Notes under the pieces: model-generated
What the model saw: only the letters and a program-made list of their open reading frames with translations
Told to the model about the DNA's origin: nothing
The model's database searches: none
Shown: positions 19,811 through 29,262 of the stretch, one piece after another
How the letters are laid out: every line of letters begins with the position of its first letter
Position numbering within the stretch: the stretch's first letter is position 1
Made by a program: the position numbers and the translations under genes
NCBI GenBank assembly: GCA_025449905.1
Contig: JANWIN010000004.1
Location: forward strand, 24,656 to 88,655
Length of the DNA stretch: 64,000 nt
Source of the DNA: Candidatus Saccharimonadales bacterium
Lineage (GTDB): Bacteria > Patescibacteriota > Saccharimonadia > Saccharimonadales > JANWIN01
Direction of reading: 5' to 3'

Positions 19811-21961
19811 ATGACACGTGAACTTGGTGAATATGGCAAAGCTTACAGAGAGGCTTTTGAAGGCTGGTCTGCATTAGAATTTCAAAAGGCATCTCAACCT
19901 GATTTAGCTGATACTTTTGAAGATGCCTCAACTCAGGCTCGCTTAATTATGGACATGCTAGAGGCAGAAGCGACCAATGATTTTCGCCAGCTAATTGATT
20001 ATGAATCGGCTCAAGCTGAAGATAAAACCCGCACAAACATTGAAGCTATTCGGGAAACTCCTACATACCAACGTGGTGGGAAAATTGCCGAGACGCTAGA
20101 AAACCAGATTCAAGCTCGTTTGGCTAGTTTGCCTGAAGTAAATCACTACAGTGAAGCAGATCAAAAAATGGCTACTGCTTTCGTGGTGGGCCGTATAGCT
20201 AGGATAGCTATTCCCCCTAAGGCAATTGAACTGCCGGCTGAGCAGGCAAGTAGTCCTTCTAAGCCAGAAAAGCCGATAAGCAATAAGCTTAAAATTCAAG
20301 TTTTTACTAAAGATAGCATGCTTTTAGTAAATGGAGTTGAAGCTATACCTTTAGCTCGTGAAGTAGGTTCTAGTAAATATACTGCCGAGGAAGAAAGTCT
20401 GATCGAAGAGTATCGTTTAACTACATTAAAATTTTTAGCCGACCACCCAGATGAGGAATTTTTAGCAAGCAAAATCTGGCAAGCTATTGACCGCACTGGT
20501 ACTCCATATAGTTCATCTGTCTGGGATAATTTTATCGGCGAGTGGCTGGAAGATTTAGAGATCAGAAATCAGTCGTTAATAAATGTCCGTAAGCCATCGC
20601 CCGTTGCAAAAAGACGCTATTACTCGCTTGGGGATTTTTCTGTTGATTTCGAAACGTTAAATGAAGATTCTGGTCTCGAACAATTAACTATTTTTAAATT
20701 GTCAAACGGTGAAGTCTTGGCGGGAAAAGCAGGTATGCTCGCTCACCTTCTATCGCGTGCCACAGTAGAAAATCCGGTAGTATCACAGATGCTGCTGGAC
20801 AAACGAGTATATTCCGACGAAGAACTGGTTGATCTAAAATACCCAGAAAATATATTAAGTGGGCTGGTATCAACTGTTAGACAGGATCTAAGAGAAGCTG
20901 GGGTTGAGCAGCAATACAGGATAGAAAAAGTAGACACTGGCGTCGCAAGAGAAGGTCGCGGCCGGAGAAATGAACCCGGCTATTATATGGAGCTGTTGAG
21001 CAGCGGCGAAATTGAAAAGCGAAAAGCTATCCATGAGGCTAACATAATTGCTAACTATATTTACTTGCGAAACGGACTACTCGAGGCCTTGAACTTACCT
21101 ACTCTACCTAGAGCTACTGTTGATATGTTGAAAACACTGGATGAATCTGTCAGCCAGGAAGAATTACTAGCTGTTCGTGATAGTGCCTATGAAACAATAC
21201 AAGTCCTTTTTGGCACCGAAGGCATAGAAAAACTATTAAACGAAGTAGATGCTTCTGATCCGCGCTACGGACTTGCCGATTGGGCGCTTCCTCTGTTAAA
21301 TCAACCTGAAAGTCGCCAAACCTTGGAAAATGCTCTAAGAGCTGATGTTGAAAGGGTTGTTGGCACCACAGAAGCAGAGCCAAAGACAGGCTCTCAAAGA
21401 ATCAAAAGAATTGACTACAACGTTAAAGGCGTCGGCACGCTTCCAGTCAATTATCCAGATGAAGATTTTGAAGTTGAGCATTTCAGCTTAGCGCTCTTGG
21501 CTTCAATTGATCAGGACGATAAAGATATTGTTGTGGCTCAAAATGGGCATGATGCTCCAACACCTCCGGCTAATAATGACAATGGTGAGAATCTTACACG
21601 TCGCAAAAGAAGGGAAGCTAAAATTCGGGAAATAAGGAGCCGAACAGTACCTATGGTTCGTTCTGCCATTCATGAGATGCATCAACGCGGTCTTCATAGG
21701 CCAGAGGGTTCGCTAGTGCCCCAAATTGTCAATGTTTTTCCAAAACTGACAACCGAAACTGTCGAACGTCATATTGGTAAGATTGAACATAAGAATCACG
21801 GGAGAGTTAGTGCGGCAGATATCTTATATGTACATATCGTGACAGAAACTGGCTACACTATAAACTACGAACAAAAGGCTATTAAAGAAGTAGTCAAAGA
21901 AGAACTTGAAAAATATGAGCGTGGTTTAGAAAGACGGCAGCAGGCCAACGGTCGTCATTAA
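19811..21961 (+). CDS. large hypothetical protein, possibly with winged-helix-like segments
   Basis: 716 aa ORF divergent from the helicase; segments such as LSGLVSTVRQDL...GYY recall wHTH domains (weak). Confidence 0.7.
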   Translation: MTRELGEYGKAYREAFEGWSALEFQKASQPDLADTFEDASTQARLIMDMLEAEATNDFRQLIDYESAQAEDKTRTNIEAIRETPTYQRGGKIAETLENQIQARLASLPEVNHYSEADQKMATAFVVGRIARIAIPPKAIELPAEQASSPSKPEKPISNKLKIQVFTKDSMLLVNGVEAIPLAREVGSSKYTAEEESLIEEYRLTTLKFLADHPDEEFLASKIWQAIDRTGTPYSSSVWDNFIGEWLEDLEIRNQSLINVRKPSPVAKRRYYSLGDFSVDFETLNEDSGLEQLTIFKLSNGEVLAGKAGMLAHLLSRATVENPVVSQMLLDKRVYSDEELVDLKYPENILSGLVSTVRQDLREAGVEQQYRIEKVDTGVAREGRGRRNEPGYYMELLSSGEIEKRKAIHEANIIANYIYLRNGLLEALNLPTLPRATVDMLKTLDESVSQEELLAVRDSAYETIQVLFGTEGIEKLLNEVDASDPRYGLADWALPLLNQPESRQTLENALRADVERVVGTTEAEPKTGSQRIKRIDYNVKGVGTLPVNYPDEDFEVEHFSLALLASIDQDDKDIVVAQNGHDAPTPPANNDNGENLTRRKRREAKIREIRSRTVPMVRSAIHEMHQRGLHRPEGSLVPQIVNVFPKLTTETVERHIGKIEHKNHGRVSAADILYVHIVTETGYTINYEQKAIKEVVKEELEKYERGLERRQQANGRH

Positions 21962-22057
21962 ATAGTTCACTTTCCATCTTAATAGCTAAGTGCTTCAAAC
22001 ATAAGCATTGACAACTCAGCAGTATGATATACTAACCGCATTAATAATGGAGGGGCT

Positions 22058-22708
22058 ATGAAAAAGGTGCTATTAATAGTATTGGTGGTATTACTTTTAG
22101 GTGGCGGGGCTGCCTATTTACTGACCAAAGACGACAAAAATGACCAGACCCCAACCAATACCGAGAGCCAGCCAACGACCGATACTTCCTCGGAACCCAC
22201 TGCCAGCTTTTCGCCCCTGTCAACAGAAGGTAAGGATTTTGTTGCCACAGTTACCACTACTACTAAAACTGGAACATCCACTGCTAAATTCGAACAAGAT
22301 GGCACCAAAACCCGCTATACCATAAGCACCAGCAATACTAACAGCCAGTTTATTTACACTAAAGACACTTACTACGTTTGTGGTAGCGGCCAATGCTATA
22401 AGTACACGGCTAAACAGTCAAACTCCAGTGGCGTTGACGTCAAAAACTACCAGTACAGCGGCTCAGAGCTAAGTTCTTTCAAAAATTCGGCAGCTTATAA
22501 GGGCAAACAAAGCTGTCCGGCAGGTACGTGTGACGTTTGGTCAGTAACCGCGGGTGGCATAACCTCGACCCTTTATTTAGATGACCAGCAACGTATCAGC
22601 CAAGTTGAAAGTTCTCAGGCGGGCACAACCACCAAGATTACTTACGAATATAAAGACGTCACGATTAGTTTGCCAACCAACGCTAAATCGCCAACAACTT
22701 CGTTCTAA
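22058..22708 (+). CDS. secreted/anchored Thr/Ser-rich beta-sheet protein
   Basis: N-terminal signal/TM helix, GGAGG RBS, Cys pairs. Confidence 0.75.
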   Translation: MKKVLLIVLVVLLLGGGAAYLLTKDDKNDQTPTNTESQPTTDTSSEPTASFSPLSTEGKDFVATVTTTTKTGTSTAKFEQDGTKTRYTISTSNTNSQFIYTKDTYYVCGSGQCYKYTAKQSNSSGVDVKNYQYSGSELSSFKNSAAYKGKQSCPAGTCDVWSVTAGGITSTLYLDDQQRISQVESSQAGTTTKITYEYKDVTISLPTNAKSPTTSF

Positions 22709-22761
22709 CTTTTGCCAGCTAAGCCTAGTTTTTAAAGCTTAACTATCTTATATTTAACTGT

Positions 22762-23046
22762 ATGCATAGCGCTCGTCACAAACAGACATTTTGGGATAAG
22801 TTTTGGCGTGATGAACACGGTAACGATATTATTTTAAAGCGGCCTAACAAATTATTGATAATATGGGCAGCAACGGCTTTTCTGAGGGTGTTTCTGCATG
22901 GTGGCTTCTTAGAAGACATATTAAGAGCCATCAGCCTAATTGCATTAGTACTTTGGTGTCTAGTTGAAATAGCTTGGGGCGTAAACTACTTTTGGCGCTC
23001 TATTGGCTGCATGGTCCTAATTATTATTATCTTCGCCACCATCTAA
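22762..23046 (+). CDS. small membrane protein
   Basis: Three hydrophobic segments, E..WGVNYFWR motif. Confidence 0.7.
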   Translation: MHSARHKQTFWDKFWRDEHGNDIILKRPNKLLIIWAATAFLRVFLHGGFLEDILRAISLIALVLWCLVEIAWGVNYFWRSIGCMVLIIIIFATI

Positions 23047-23089
23047 AATTGTACAAGATATTGACGATCGTCATTTCGTTGTACAATTT
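23046..23089. repeat. 44-bp nested palindrome, copy A
   Basis: AAATTGTACAA-GATAT-TGACGATCGTCA-TTTCG-TTGTACAATTT. Confidence 0.9.
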
Positions 23090-23110
23090 CAGAGTTAGAG
23101 TAAGGTGCTG

Positions 23111-23608
23111 TTAACTGTATGAACTGCGTATCTGGAACAACAGCCACAAGCCGATAGCTGAACCTATAAGACTCATTATGAAAGTTCCAACGCCGCCATA
23201 GTCTGTAAACAGAAGTATTACGCCGTAAACAATGTTAACCAGTGCGGCATAGAACATTAAGTTCCAACCAGCTTTTTTACGGTCGCGCGTCCCACGGAAA
23301 GCAGCAATGTACAGAACTGCCTGGACAACTAAAACTATAATCGCCAGCCAAATCCCAACGGTTAGACGGTCTTTGTTAAGGTTGCTGCCGGTAGAAGTCT
23401 TATAAAAACTGTTTGCATAATCAATTAATTTGTTGACGGTATGTGCCCAGTGGTATAGGTTCCAAGCAGCAAGTAGCATTAAAGCTCCTAAAACTACATT
23501 GATCCAGGGCAAATACTTAACCAGCCATTTTTTACCATTTTCTGGTAATTTAGGGGCACTTTTAAAAACGTCCGCCAGGGACTTTTCTAATGAATTTACT
23601 GCAGACAT
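23111..23608 (-). CDS. integral membrane protein
   Basis: Four TM helices, PKLP..K.WLVKYLPW and LLFQIR motifs; AAGGAGG RBS. Confidence 0.8.
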   Translation of the reverse strand: MSAVNSLEKSLADVFKSAPKLPENGKKWLVKYLPWINVVLGALMLLAAWNLYHWAHTVNKLIDYANSFYKTSTGSNLNKDRLTVGIWLAIIVLVVQAVLYIAAFRGTRDRKKAGWNLMFYAALVNIVYGVILLFTDYGGVGTFIMSLIGSAIGLWLLFQIRSSYS

Positions 23609-23763
23609 TATGTCTTTTCCTCCTTAATTTATTAATACTAGGATAACCCGTTATTTTTCCGCTCGCAAGCCCCGTCAGAAATAAGCCGCTCAAAGCGGCT
23701 GTTGCAATGGCCACAGGCTGTAGCGGATTTCCTACGGGGCAAGTTTAATATTAGTATAAAAAG

Positions 23764-24324
23764 ATGCTTGATTTACCGGACGATGCTGTGGCGGCTGCCA
23801 AGGTTATATTAGGGCAACTACTAGTTCGAGAAATTAATGACTATAAATTGATGGGCAAAATCGTGGAAACTGAGGCCTACGACCAGAAAGATGCGGCTAG
23901 CCATAGTTACCGCGGCCAAACGCCGCGGACAGATGTTATGTTCGGCCCACCAGGCCGAGCTTATGTTTATTTTACCTACGGCATGCATTACTGCATGAAC
24001 ATAGTCATCGGCAAGCCAGGCTATGGTAGCGCTGTATTAATTCGGGCAATTGAACCTTTAAAAGGTATTGAGCAAATGAAAAAGAAGCGAGGAACGGATA
24101 ATATTCACCAATTAACTAATGGGCCGGCAAAATTATGTCAAGCTTTGAGCATCAATAAAGAATTCAATGGCCATGATTTATCCAAATTACCCCTAAATCT
24201 ACAACTTGGACAAAAAATTCCACCCAGTCAAATTTTCAAAACTACGCGTATAGGTATATCCAAAGACACCCACCGTTTATGGCGTTTTTACATCAAAGAC
24301 AACCTCTTCGTCTCTAAACCCTGA
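23764..24324 (+). CDS. DNA-3-methyladenine glycosylase (AAG/MPG family)
   Basis: IVETEAY, AYVYFTYGMHYCMNIV, AVLIRA, NGPAKLCQAL, RIGIS. Confidence 0.95.
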   Translation: MLDLPDDAVAAAKVILGQLLVREINDYKLMGKIVETEAYDQKDAASHSYRGQTPRTDVMFGPPGRAYVYFTYGMHYCMNIVIGKPGYGSAVLIRAIEPLKGIEQMKKKRGTDNIHQLTNGPAKLCQALSINKEFNGHDLSKLPLNLQLGQKIPPSQIFKTTRIGISKDTHRLWRFYIKDNLFVSKP

Positions 24325-24340
24325 GGTATACTTAAGCATA

Positions 24341-24967
24341 ATGCGCGCTAAAAAAGTCCAGCCCCGGCAACAGCTTATTATTATTGCTTCTGCTGGAGTA
24401 CTTTTCTTGGTTTCAGCTGCCCTCGCTTCGGCACACACCCTAAAAGGTTTAGAGAAACAGGTTTTTGATTTTATTTATGGCTGGCCAAATGGGCTAAAAC
24501 CGGCGCTCTGGACTATTACGCAGTTGGGCAGTATATGGACGTTTATAGCCGCTAGTTTAATCTTTGTTTGGCAGCAAAAGAAGCACCTAGCCGCCAAATT
24601 AATAATTTGCGGCTTAAGTTCATATCTTCTGACATCCGTTCTAAAAGGCTTAATTGACAGGCCCAGGCCGGAACTTTTACTGCCTGGCGTCGTCACCAGA
24701 GAAATAATGGCCCCGGGCATGGGCTTTCCCTCAGGCCACACCGCCGCTATAACCGTAGCGGCTTTAATCATTGCCCCATATCTTAAGAAAAAATACCGCT
24801 GGTTGGCTTACTTAGCTATTGCAATGGTGGCAATTTCCAGAATATATCTGGGAGTACATGCGCCGCTTGATGTCGTCGGTGGTTTTGCTCTAGGGGTAAT
24901 AATTGTAAAGTCTTATGAGCTCTTGGCGCTCAAGCTAAAACTTGAAAAAGTTGACCAGCGGGACTAA
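24341..24967 (+). CDS. PAP2 family membrane phosphatase
   Basis: K....RPRP, FPSGH, SRIYLGVH.PLD. Confidence 0.93.
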   Translation: MRAKKVQPRQQLIIIASAGVLFLVSAALASAHTLKGLEKQVFDFIYGWPNGLKPALWTITQLGSIWTFIAASLIFVWQQKKHLAAKLIICGLSSYLLTSVLKGLIDRPRPELLLPGVVTREIMAPGMGFPSGHTAAITVAALIIAPYLKKKYRWLAYLAIAMVAISRIYLGVHAPLDVVGGFALGVIIVKSYELLALKLKLEKVDQRD

Positions 24968-24996
24968 AATTAGGTTGGAAGTGTGAGGCTTCCGCC

Positions 24997-25029
24997 GACC
25001 CTAGGTAATCACCTGGGGTCTTTTTGTTT
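24997..25029 (+). terminator. intrinsic terminator
   Basis: GACCCTAGGT-AATC-ACCTGGGGTC stem followed by TTTTTGTTT. Confidence 0.75.
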
Positions 25030-25101
25030 GATCTCGATGAATAATTTAACCGCCTCTGTATATATTTGCAATAATACTACTAATATGGTAAAGTCTATTA
25101 A

Positions 25102-26364
25102 ATGAGTCAAATCGAGAGCCTTAACTTTCTTGAGGCGGGCACCGCTGCTGAAGTTGCAGAGCAGTGGGGAACACCAGTTTTTGTATATAACGAAACAACC
25201 CTTGCTGGTCAGGCTGAAAAGGCTTTAGCTTTTGATGCTCCTTACGGACTAACGGTTCGCTATGCTATGAAAGCTAATCCCAATCGCTTTATTATTAATG
25301 CGCTTGCTCGGAGAGGCATTGCTATAGACGCCAGTTCAGGTTTTGAAGCTAGCAGGGCAATACAAGCAGGTGTTAATCCGCAGGATATCTTATTAACCGG
25401 CCAAGAACTCCCTAAAAACTTAGAATCGTTAGTAGAGCAAGGCATCCTCTTTAATGCTTGCTCACTTCGACAACTACACGAATATGGCGAGAAGTTCCCA
25501 GGTACAAATGTTAGTGTCCGGATAAATCCTGGTTTAGGGTCAGGACACTCGAATCGCACAAATGTTGGCGGTCCTTCATCGAGTTTTGGTATTTGGCATG
25601 AATATACAGACCAAGTATTAGCAGTGGCAAAAGAGCACAGCCTAACTATTAATCGTATGCATACGCACATAGGCTCAGGCAGCGATCCTGAGGTATGGAC
25701 CCGTGTGGCAGAAATGAGCCTTGAGCAAACTAAGCATTTTCCTGACGTTGAAGTTTTGAATTTAGGCGGCGGATTTAAAATCGCCAGAATGCAGGATGAA
25801 ATCGAAACAAATTTGGGTACTATCGGTCCAGTTGTTGCCTCTGCTTTAGAAAAGTTTTATCAGCAAACTGGCAGACAACTTAAGTTAGAAATAGAACCCG
25901 GGACATTTTTGGTGGCTAATGCCGGTTCTTTAGTCACCACTATTCACGACATCGTTGACACCGGCGAAGAAGGCTATACTTTTTTGAAAATAGATAGCGG
26001 TATGACAGAAGTTATGCGACCCAGTTTGTATGGCGCTCAGCATCCAATTGTAGTAGTAAATAATAGCCCTGAAGAACACAAAAAATACGTTGTGGTTGGC
26101 CATTGTTGTGAATCAGGCGACCTTTTGACTCCATATCCAAGCGACCCAGAAGTCGTAGCTGAAAGGCTCCTTCAAAAGGCCGATGTCGGGGACCTTTTAG
26201 TAGTTGAGGGTGTTGGTGCATACTGCGCGTACATGTCTGCGCAAAATTACAATTCATTTCCTCTAAGACCTGAAGTTATGAGAACTTGCGCGGGAGAGTT
26301 AATTGAAATTTGCCGCCGCGAGACCCTTCCGGAGATGCTTCAGCTGGAAACTGGTTCCGATTGA
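25102..26364 (+). CDS. lysA: diaminopimelate decarboxylase
   Basis: YAMKAN (PLP Lys), HTHIGSG, NLGGG, EPG, RPSLYG, CESGD, GAY, YNS. Confidence 0.9.
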   Translation: MSQIESLNFLEAGTAAEVAEQWGTPVFVYNETTLAGQAEKALAFDAPYGLTVRYAMKANPNRFIINALARRGIAIDASSGFEASRAIQAGVNPQDILLTGQELPKNLESLVEQGILFNACSLRQLHEYGEKFPGTNVSVRINPGLGSGHSNRTNVGGPSSSFGIWHEYTDQVLAVAKEHSLTINRMHTHIGSGSDPEVWTRVAEMSLEQTKHFPDVEVLNLGGGFKIARMQDEIETNLGTIGPVVASALEKFYQQTGRQLKLEIEPGTFLVANAGSLVTTIHDIVDTGEEGYTFLKIDSGMTEVMRPSLYGAQHPIVVVNNSPEEHKKYVVVGHCCESGDLLTPYPSDPEVVAERLLQKADVGDLLVVEGVGAYCAYMSAQNYNSFPLRPEVMRTCAGELIEICRRETLPEMLQLETGSD

Positions 26365-26792
26365 AGCGACTTAGTTCGCTTTAGTTCTTTGCATCTAGGA
26401 CAGTAACCACGGATTTCCAGCTGATGATCCATGGCTTTAAAGCCTTGTTTATCAACCATACTTTTTATGTTTTTCTCTATAGCTGGTTGGTCGGGCAGGG
26501 TAATCACCTTACCGCAGTTTATGCAGGTGAAATGATGATGGTGATGCTGAAAAATATCGCTCAACTCAATTTTGGTTAGCCAGCCAAGGCGCAGGCGATT
26601 TATTACTCCCAGCTCCTCAAATAAGGCAATGTTGCGATAAACAGTTGCCTGATCGTGTTTGGGTACCAGCAGAATTAGTTGATTAACTGTCAGGGCAGGA
26701 TGCTTTTGCAAAACAGCAAAAAGTCTGAGCCGGGGTTTGGTTATATAGTGCTTGTTTTTCTTAAGCAGAGACTTGAGGCGGCGAATTTCCAT
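26340..26792 (-). CDS. Fur family regulator (Zur-like)
   Basis: ATVYRN, HHHHHFTCINCG, GYCPRC; divergent from a ZIP transporter. Confidence 0.9.
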   Translation of the reverse strand: MEIRRLKSLLKKNKHYITKPRLRLFAVLQKHPALTVNQLILLVPKHDQATVYRNIALFEELGVINRLRLGWLTKIELSDIFQHHHHHFTCINCGKVITLPDQPAIEKNIKSMVDKQGFKAMDHQLEIRGYCPRCKELKRTKSLQSEPVSS

Positions 26793-26805
26793 ATCGCAAT
26801 TTTAC

Positions 26806-26834
26806 TATAATTTGCGAAAAATTTGCAAATTATA
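26806..26834. promoter_or_regulatory. putative Fur/Zur operator
   Basis: TATAATTTGCGAA-AAA-TTTGCAAATTATA inverted repeat (1 mismatch) between the divergent regulator and ZIP genes. Confidence 0.65.
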
Positions 26835-26858
26835 AGGAAGAGGGGTATATTCCAGATA

Positions 26859-27614
26859 ATGGCAAATTATTGGCAAGTTATATTTTTCTCGCTGGTCGGT
26901 GGCGTATTTTCGCTGGTCGGTGGCCTGTTGATGCTCAGCCACAAAAAAACGGCTGAAATTTTAGCCGCCTATGCCACACCCTTTGCAGCCGGGGCTCTGC
27001 TGGCTGCAGTTTTTATGGATCTTTTAAAAGACGGGCTGGAAGTAGCCTCGGCTGATACGGTTTTACTGGCTACTATGATTGGTCTTGTATCTTTCTTTTT
27101 TGCCGAGCGGTTTTTGCATTGGTTTCACCACCATCACCAGCACGAAAATAGTGACCCGGCGATTGGGCTAATAGTTGTTGGTGACACTATCCATAACGCT
27201 CTCGACGGTGTGGCTATTGCCGCAGCCTTTTTAATAAGCGTTCCAACCGGCATAGTTACAACCATAGCGGTAGCGGCGCACGAAATTCCTCAGGAAATTG
27301 GCGATTTTGGCTTATTGTTAGCCAAAGGCATGAAACGGACTAAAGTCCTATGGGTCAATGTTTTTAGCGCACTGGCAACGACTGTGATGGCAATTATAAC
27401 TTTTGCTTTGGGTAGTGAGGATAAATTGCCGTTGGGGTGGCTGATTGGAATTAGTGCCGGCTTTTTGCTTTATATCGCCGCCAGCGATATTATTCCAGAG
27501 ATTCATGAAAAGGCTCATCCTAAGCGTCTATTTGATCTGCAACCGGTAATGCTTCTTGTAGGTGTGATAGTGGTGAGTGTTGCCATTCAGCTGGCTCATC
27601 AATTTGTCGAATAA
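26859..27614 (+). CDS. ZIP family zinc transporter
   Basis: HHHHQH loop, GDTIHNALDG, AHEIPQEIGDF, DIIPE. Confidence 0.93.
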   Translation: MANYWQVIFFSLVGGVFSLVGGLLMLSHKKTAEILAAYATPFAAGALLAAVFMDLLKDGLEVASADTVLLATMIGLVSFFFAERFLHWFHHHHQHENSDPAIGLIVVGDTIHNALDGVAIAAAFLISVPTGIVTTIAVAAHEIPQEIGDFGLLLAKGMKRTKVLWVNVFSALATTVMAIITFALGSEDKLPLGWLIGISAGFLLYIAASDIIPEIHEKAHPKRLFDLQPVMLLVGVIVVSVAIQLAHQFVE

Positions 27615-27876
27615 ATTCTTGGTTTTGGATTCGAACCTGATCTCTATATTTTCTAAAGCCACTTTTGACAATCAAACTACCACCTACAATAGCTGCGGCT
27701 CCCAAAAGCCTTTCAGCTATACTTTTGCTGTTACCAAATAATAGGCGGCGTCCCACCTCGGCACTTAACAGACCTACTGGAACACTGATGGTTGGTAGGC
27801 TTTCGGCAACTTCCTCCGTGAAATCACAAGCTGCGCCAAGCCACTCTATCCCTGTTGCAAACACCTGCTCGCTCAT
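27520..27876 (-). CDS. hypothetical small membrane protein (uncertain)
   Basis: ORF fills the gap, TAAATT just upstream; overlaps the ZIP 3' end by about 95 bp. Confidence 0.4.
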   Translation of the reverse strand: MSEQVFATGIEWLGAACDFTEEVAESLPTISVPVGLLSAEVGRRLLFGNSKSIAERLLGAAAIVGGSLIVKSGFRKYRDQVRIQNQEFIRQIDEPAEWQHSPLSHLQEALPVADQIDA

Positions 27877-27938
27877 AGACTAAATTTACCACTTTTTTGC
27901 CAGAATGCAAATTACAGTCAACTGTTATAATTTAGACC

Positions 27939-28145
27939 ATGCTAAAGGCAAAAAACAAAAAATTAGACATTGCTGTTTTACTAGCCCTGGCTGTTATAAT
28001 TGCGGGTTTTATTATTTTTTCGCTAAGCTCTTCAAATCAAGAACGGGCCAATAGTATTAAAGAAGCCTGCAAAAGGGCCGAAAAAAATCGTTCCACTGAA
28101 CTGTCTCGCGACGACTACATTTGTCTGACGGGTAGAACAGAGTAA
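27939..28145 (+). CDS. small membrane-anchored protein
   Basis: TM helix, Cys pair, TATAAT 7 nt upstream. Confidence 0.6.
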   Translation: MLKAKNKKLDIAVLLALAVIIAGFIIFSLSSSNQERANSIKEACKRAEKNRSTELSRDDYICLTGRTE

Positions 28146-28168
28146 CAAATGTGTCGTAAAATATCAAC

Positions 28169-29230
28169 ATGCTAATTGCATTAATTGTTTTGGGATTTTT
28201 GTGCTTGGCTCTGGCCGGCCTGGCATTGTATTTCTTGCTCAAAAAACCAGCCACCGATAATAGCACCCTGATGCTCAAACAAGATTTAACGCAGCTCAGC
28301 GAAAATGTTAGCAAACTACAAACCGGCCTGCAGAAGCAATTCACCGAACAACTGGGACAGAGCAACAAGCAGATGACCGCCCAATTTCAGGCCAGTGCCA
28401 AAATCATCACTGACGTTACTAAAAAACTTACCGAGCTGGACAGAACCAATAAAAATGTCGGCGATATTGCTTCGGAGCTTAAAACTCTGCAAAACGTTCT
28501 GCAAAACCCCAAGCAACGCGGCGTGATTGGCGAATATTACCTGGAGCAGATTTTAAAAAACATGTTGCCACCTGGTGCTTATCAGCTGCAATATAACTTG
28601 GGCGATGGGCAAGTGGTTGACGCTGTGATTAAACTGGACGACAAACTTCTGCCGATCGACAGCAAATTCAGTCTGGAAAACTACAACCGCTTAGTTGATG
28701 CTAAAACAGAGGAAAAACCGGCCTTGGAGCGAGCCTTTAAAGAAGATTTAAAAAAACGTATAGATGAAACAGCTAAATACATTAAACCGGGCAAGGGCAC
28801 TCTAAACCAGGCTCTGATGTTTGTGCCTTCGGAAGCCATTTACTATGATCTGCTGGCCAATAAGGTTGGGCTTGGTAAGGTCTCTGGTCGCAGTTTGATG
28901 CAATACGCCGCCGGCGATAAGAAAGTTACGATTGTTGGTCCCAGTACACTGTCGGCCATGATGCAAATTATTATTCAGGGCCTGCGTTCTATGGAAATTC
29001 ATAAGGACACCGAGCAAATACGCAAAAACATCGAAGCCCTAAGCAAGCACTTGGTTGCCCATAACGGCTATATGCAAAAGCTTGGCAACAGTTTAGGCAC
29101 TACTGTTGGGCATTACAACACCACCTACAAAGAGCTAGGCAAAATAGACCGCGATATTGTCAAGATTGCTGAAACTAAGCCATCTGTTGAGCCAATCCTC
29201 CTTGATAAGCCCACAAACGATAATGATTGA
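28169..29230 (+). CDS. rmuC: DNA recombination protein RmuC
   Basis: N-terminal TM and coiled coil, RGVIGEYYLE, PIDSKF, MFVPSEAIY, GPSTL. Confidence 0.93.
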   Translation: MLIALIVLGFLCLALAGLALYFLLKKPATDNSTLMLKQDLTQLSENVSKLQTGLQKQFTEQLGQSNKQMTAQFQASAKIITDVTKKLTELDRTNKNVGDIASELKTLQNVLQNPKQRGVIGEYYLEQILKNMLPPGAYQLQYNLGDGQVVDAVIKLDDKLLPIDSKFSLENYNRLVDAKTEEKPALERAFKEDLKKRIDETAKYIKPGKGTLNQALMFVPSEAIYYDLLANKVGLGKVSGRSLMQYAAGDKKVTIVGPSTLSAMMQIIIQGLRSMEIHKDTEQIRKNIEALSKHLVAHNGYMQKLGNSLGTTVGHYNTTYKELGKIDRDIVKIAETKPSVEPILLDKPTNDND

Positions 29231-29262
29231 CAGTAATTTATAAGTGTGATATAGTATTATAA

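Noticed and set aside
14407-21961. Integrated prophage or ICE at tRNA-Gln
   Set aside because: No integrase, phage structural or conjugation genes; the att-like duplication encloses only about 150 bp
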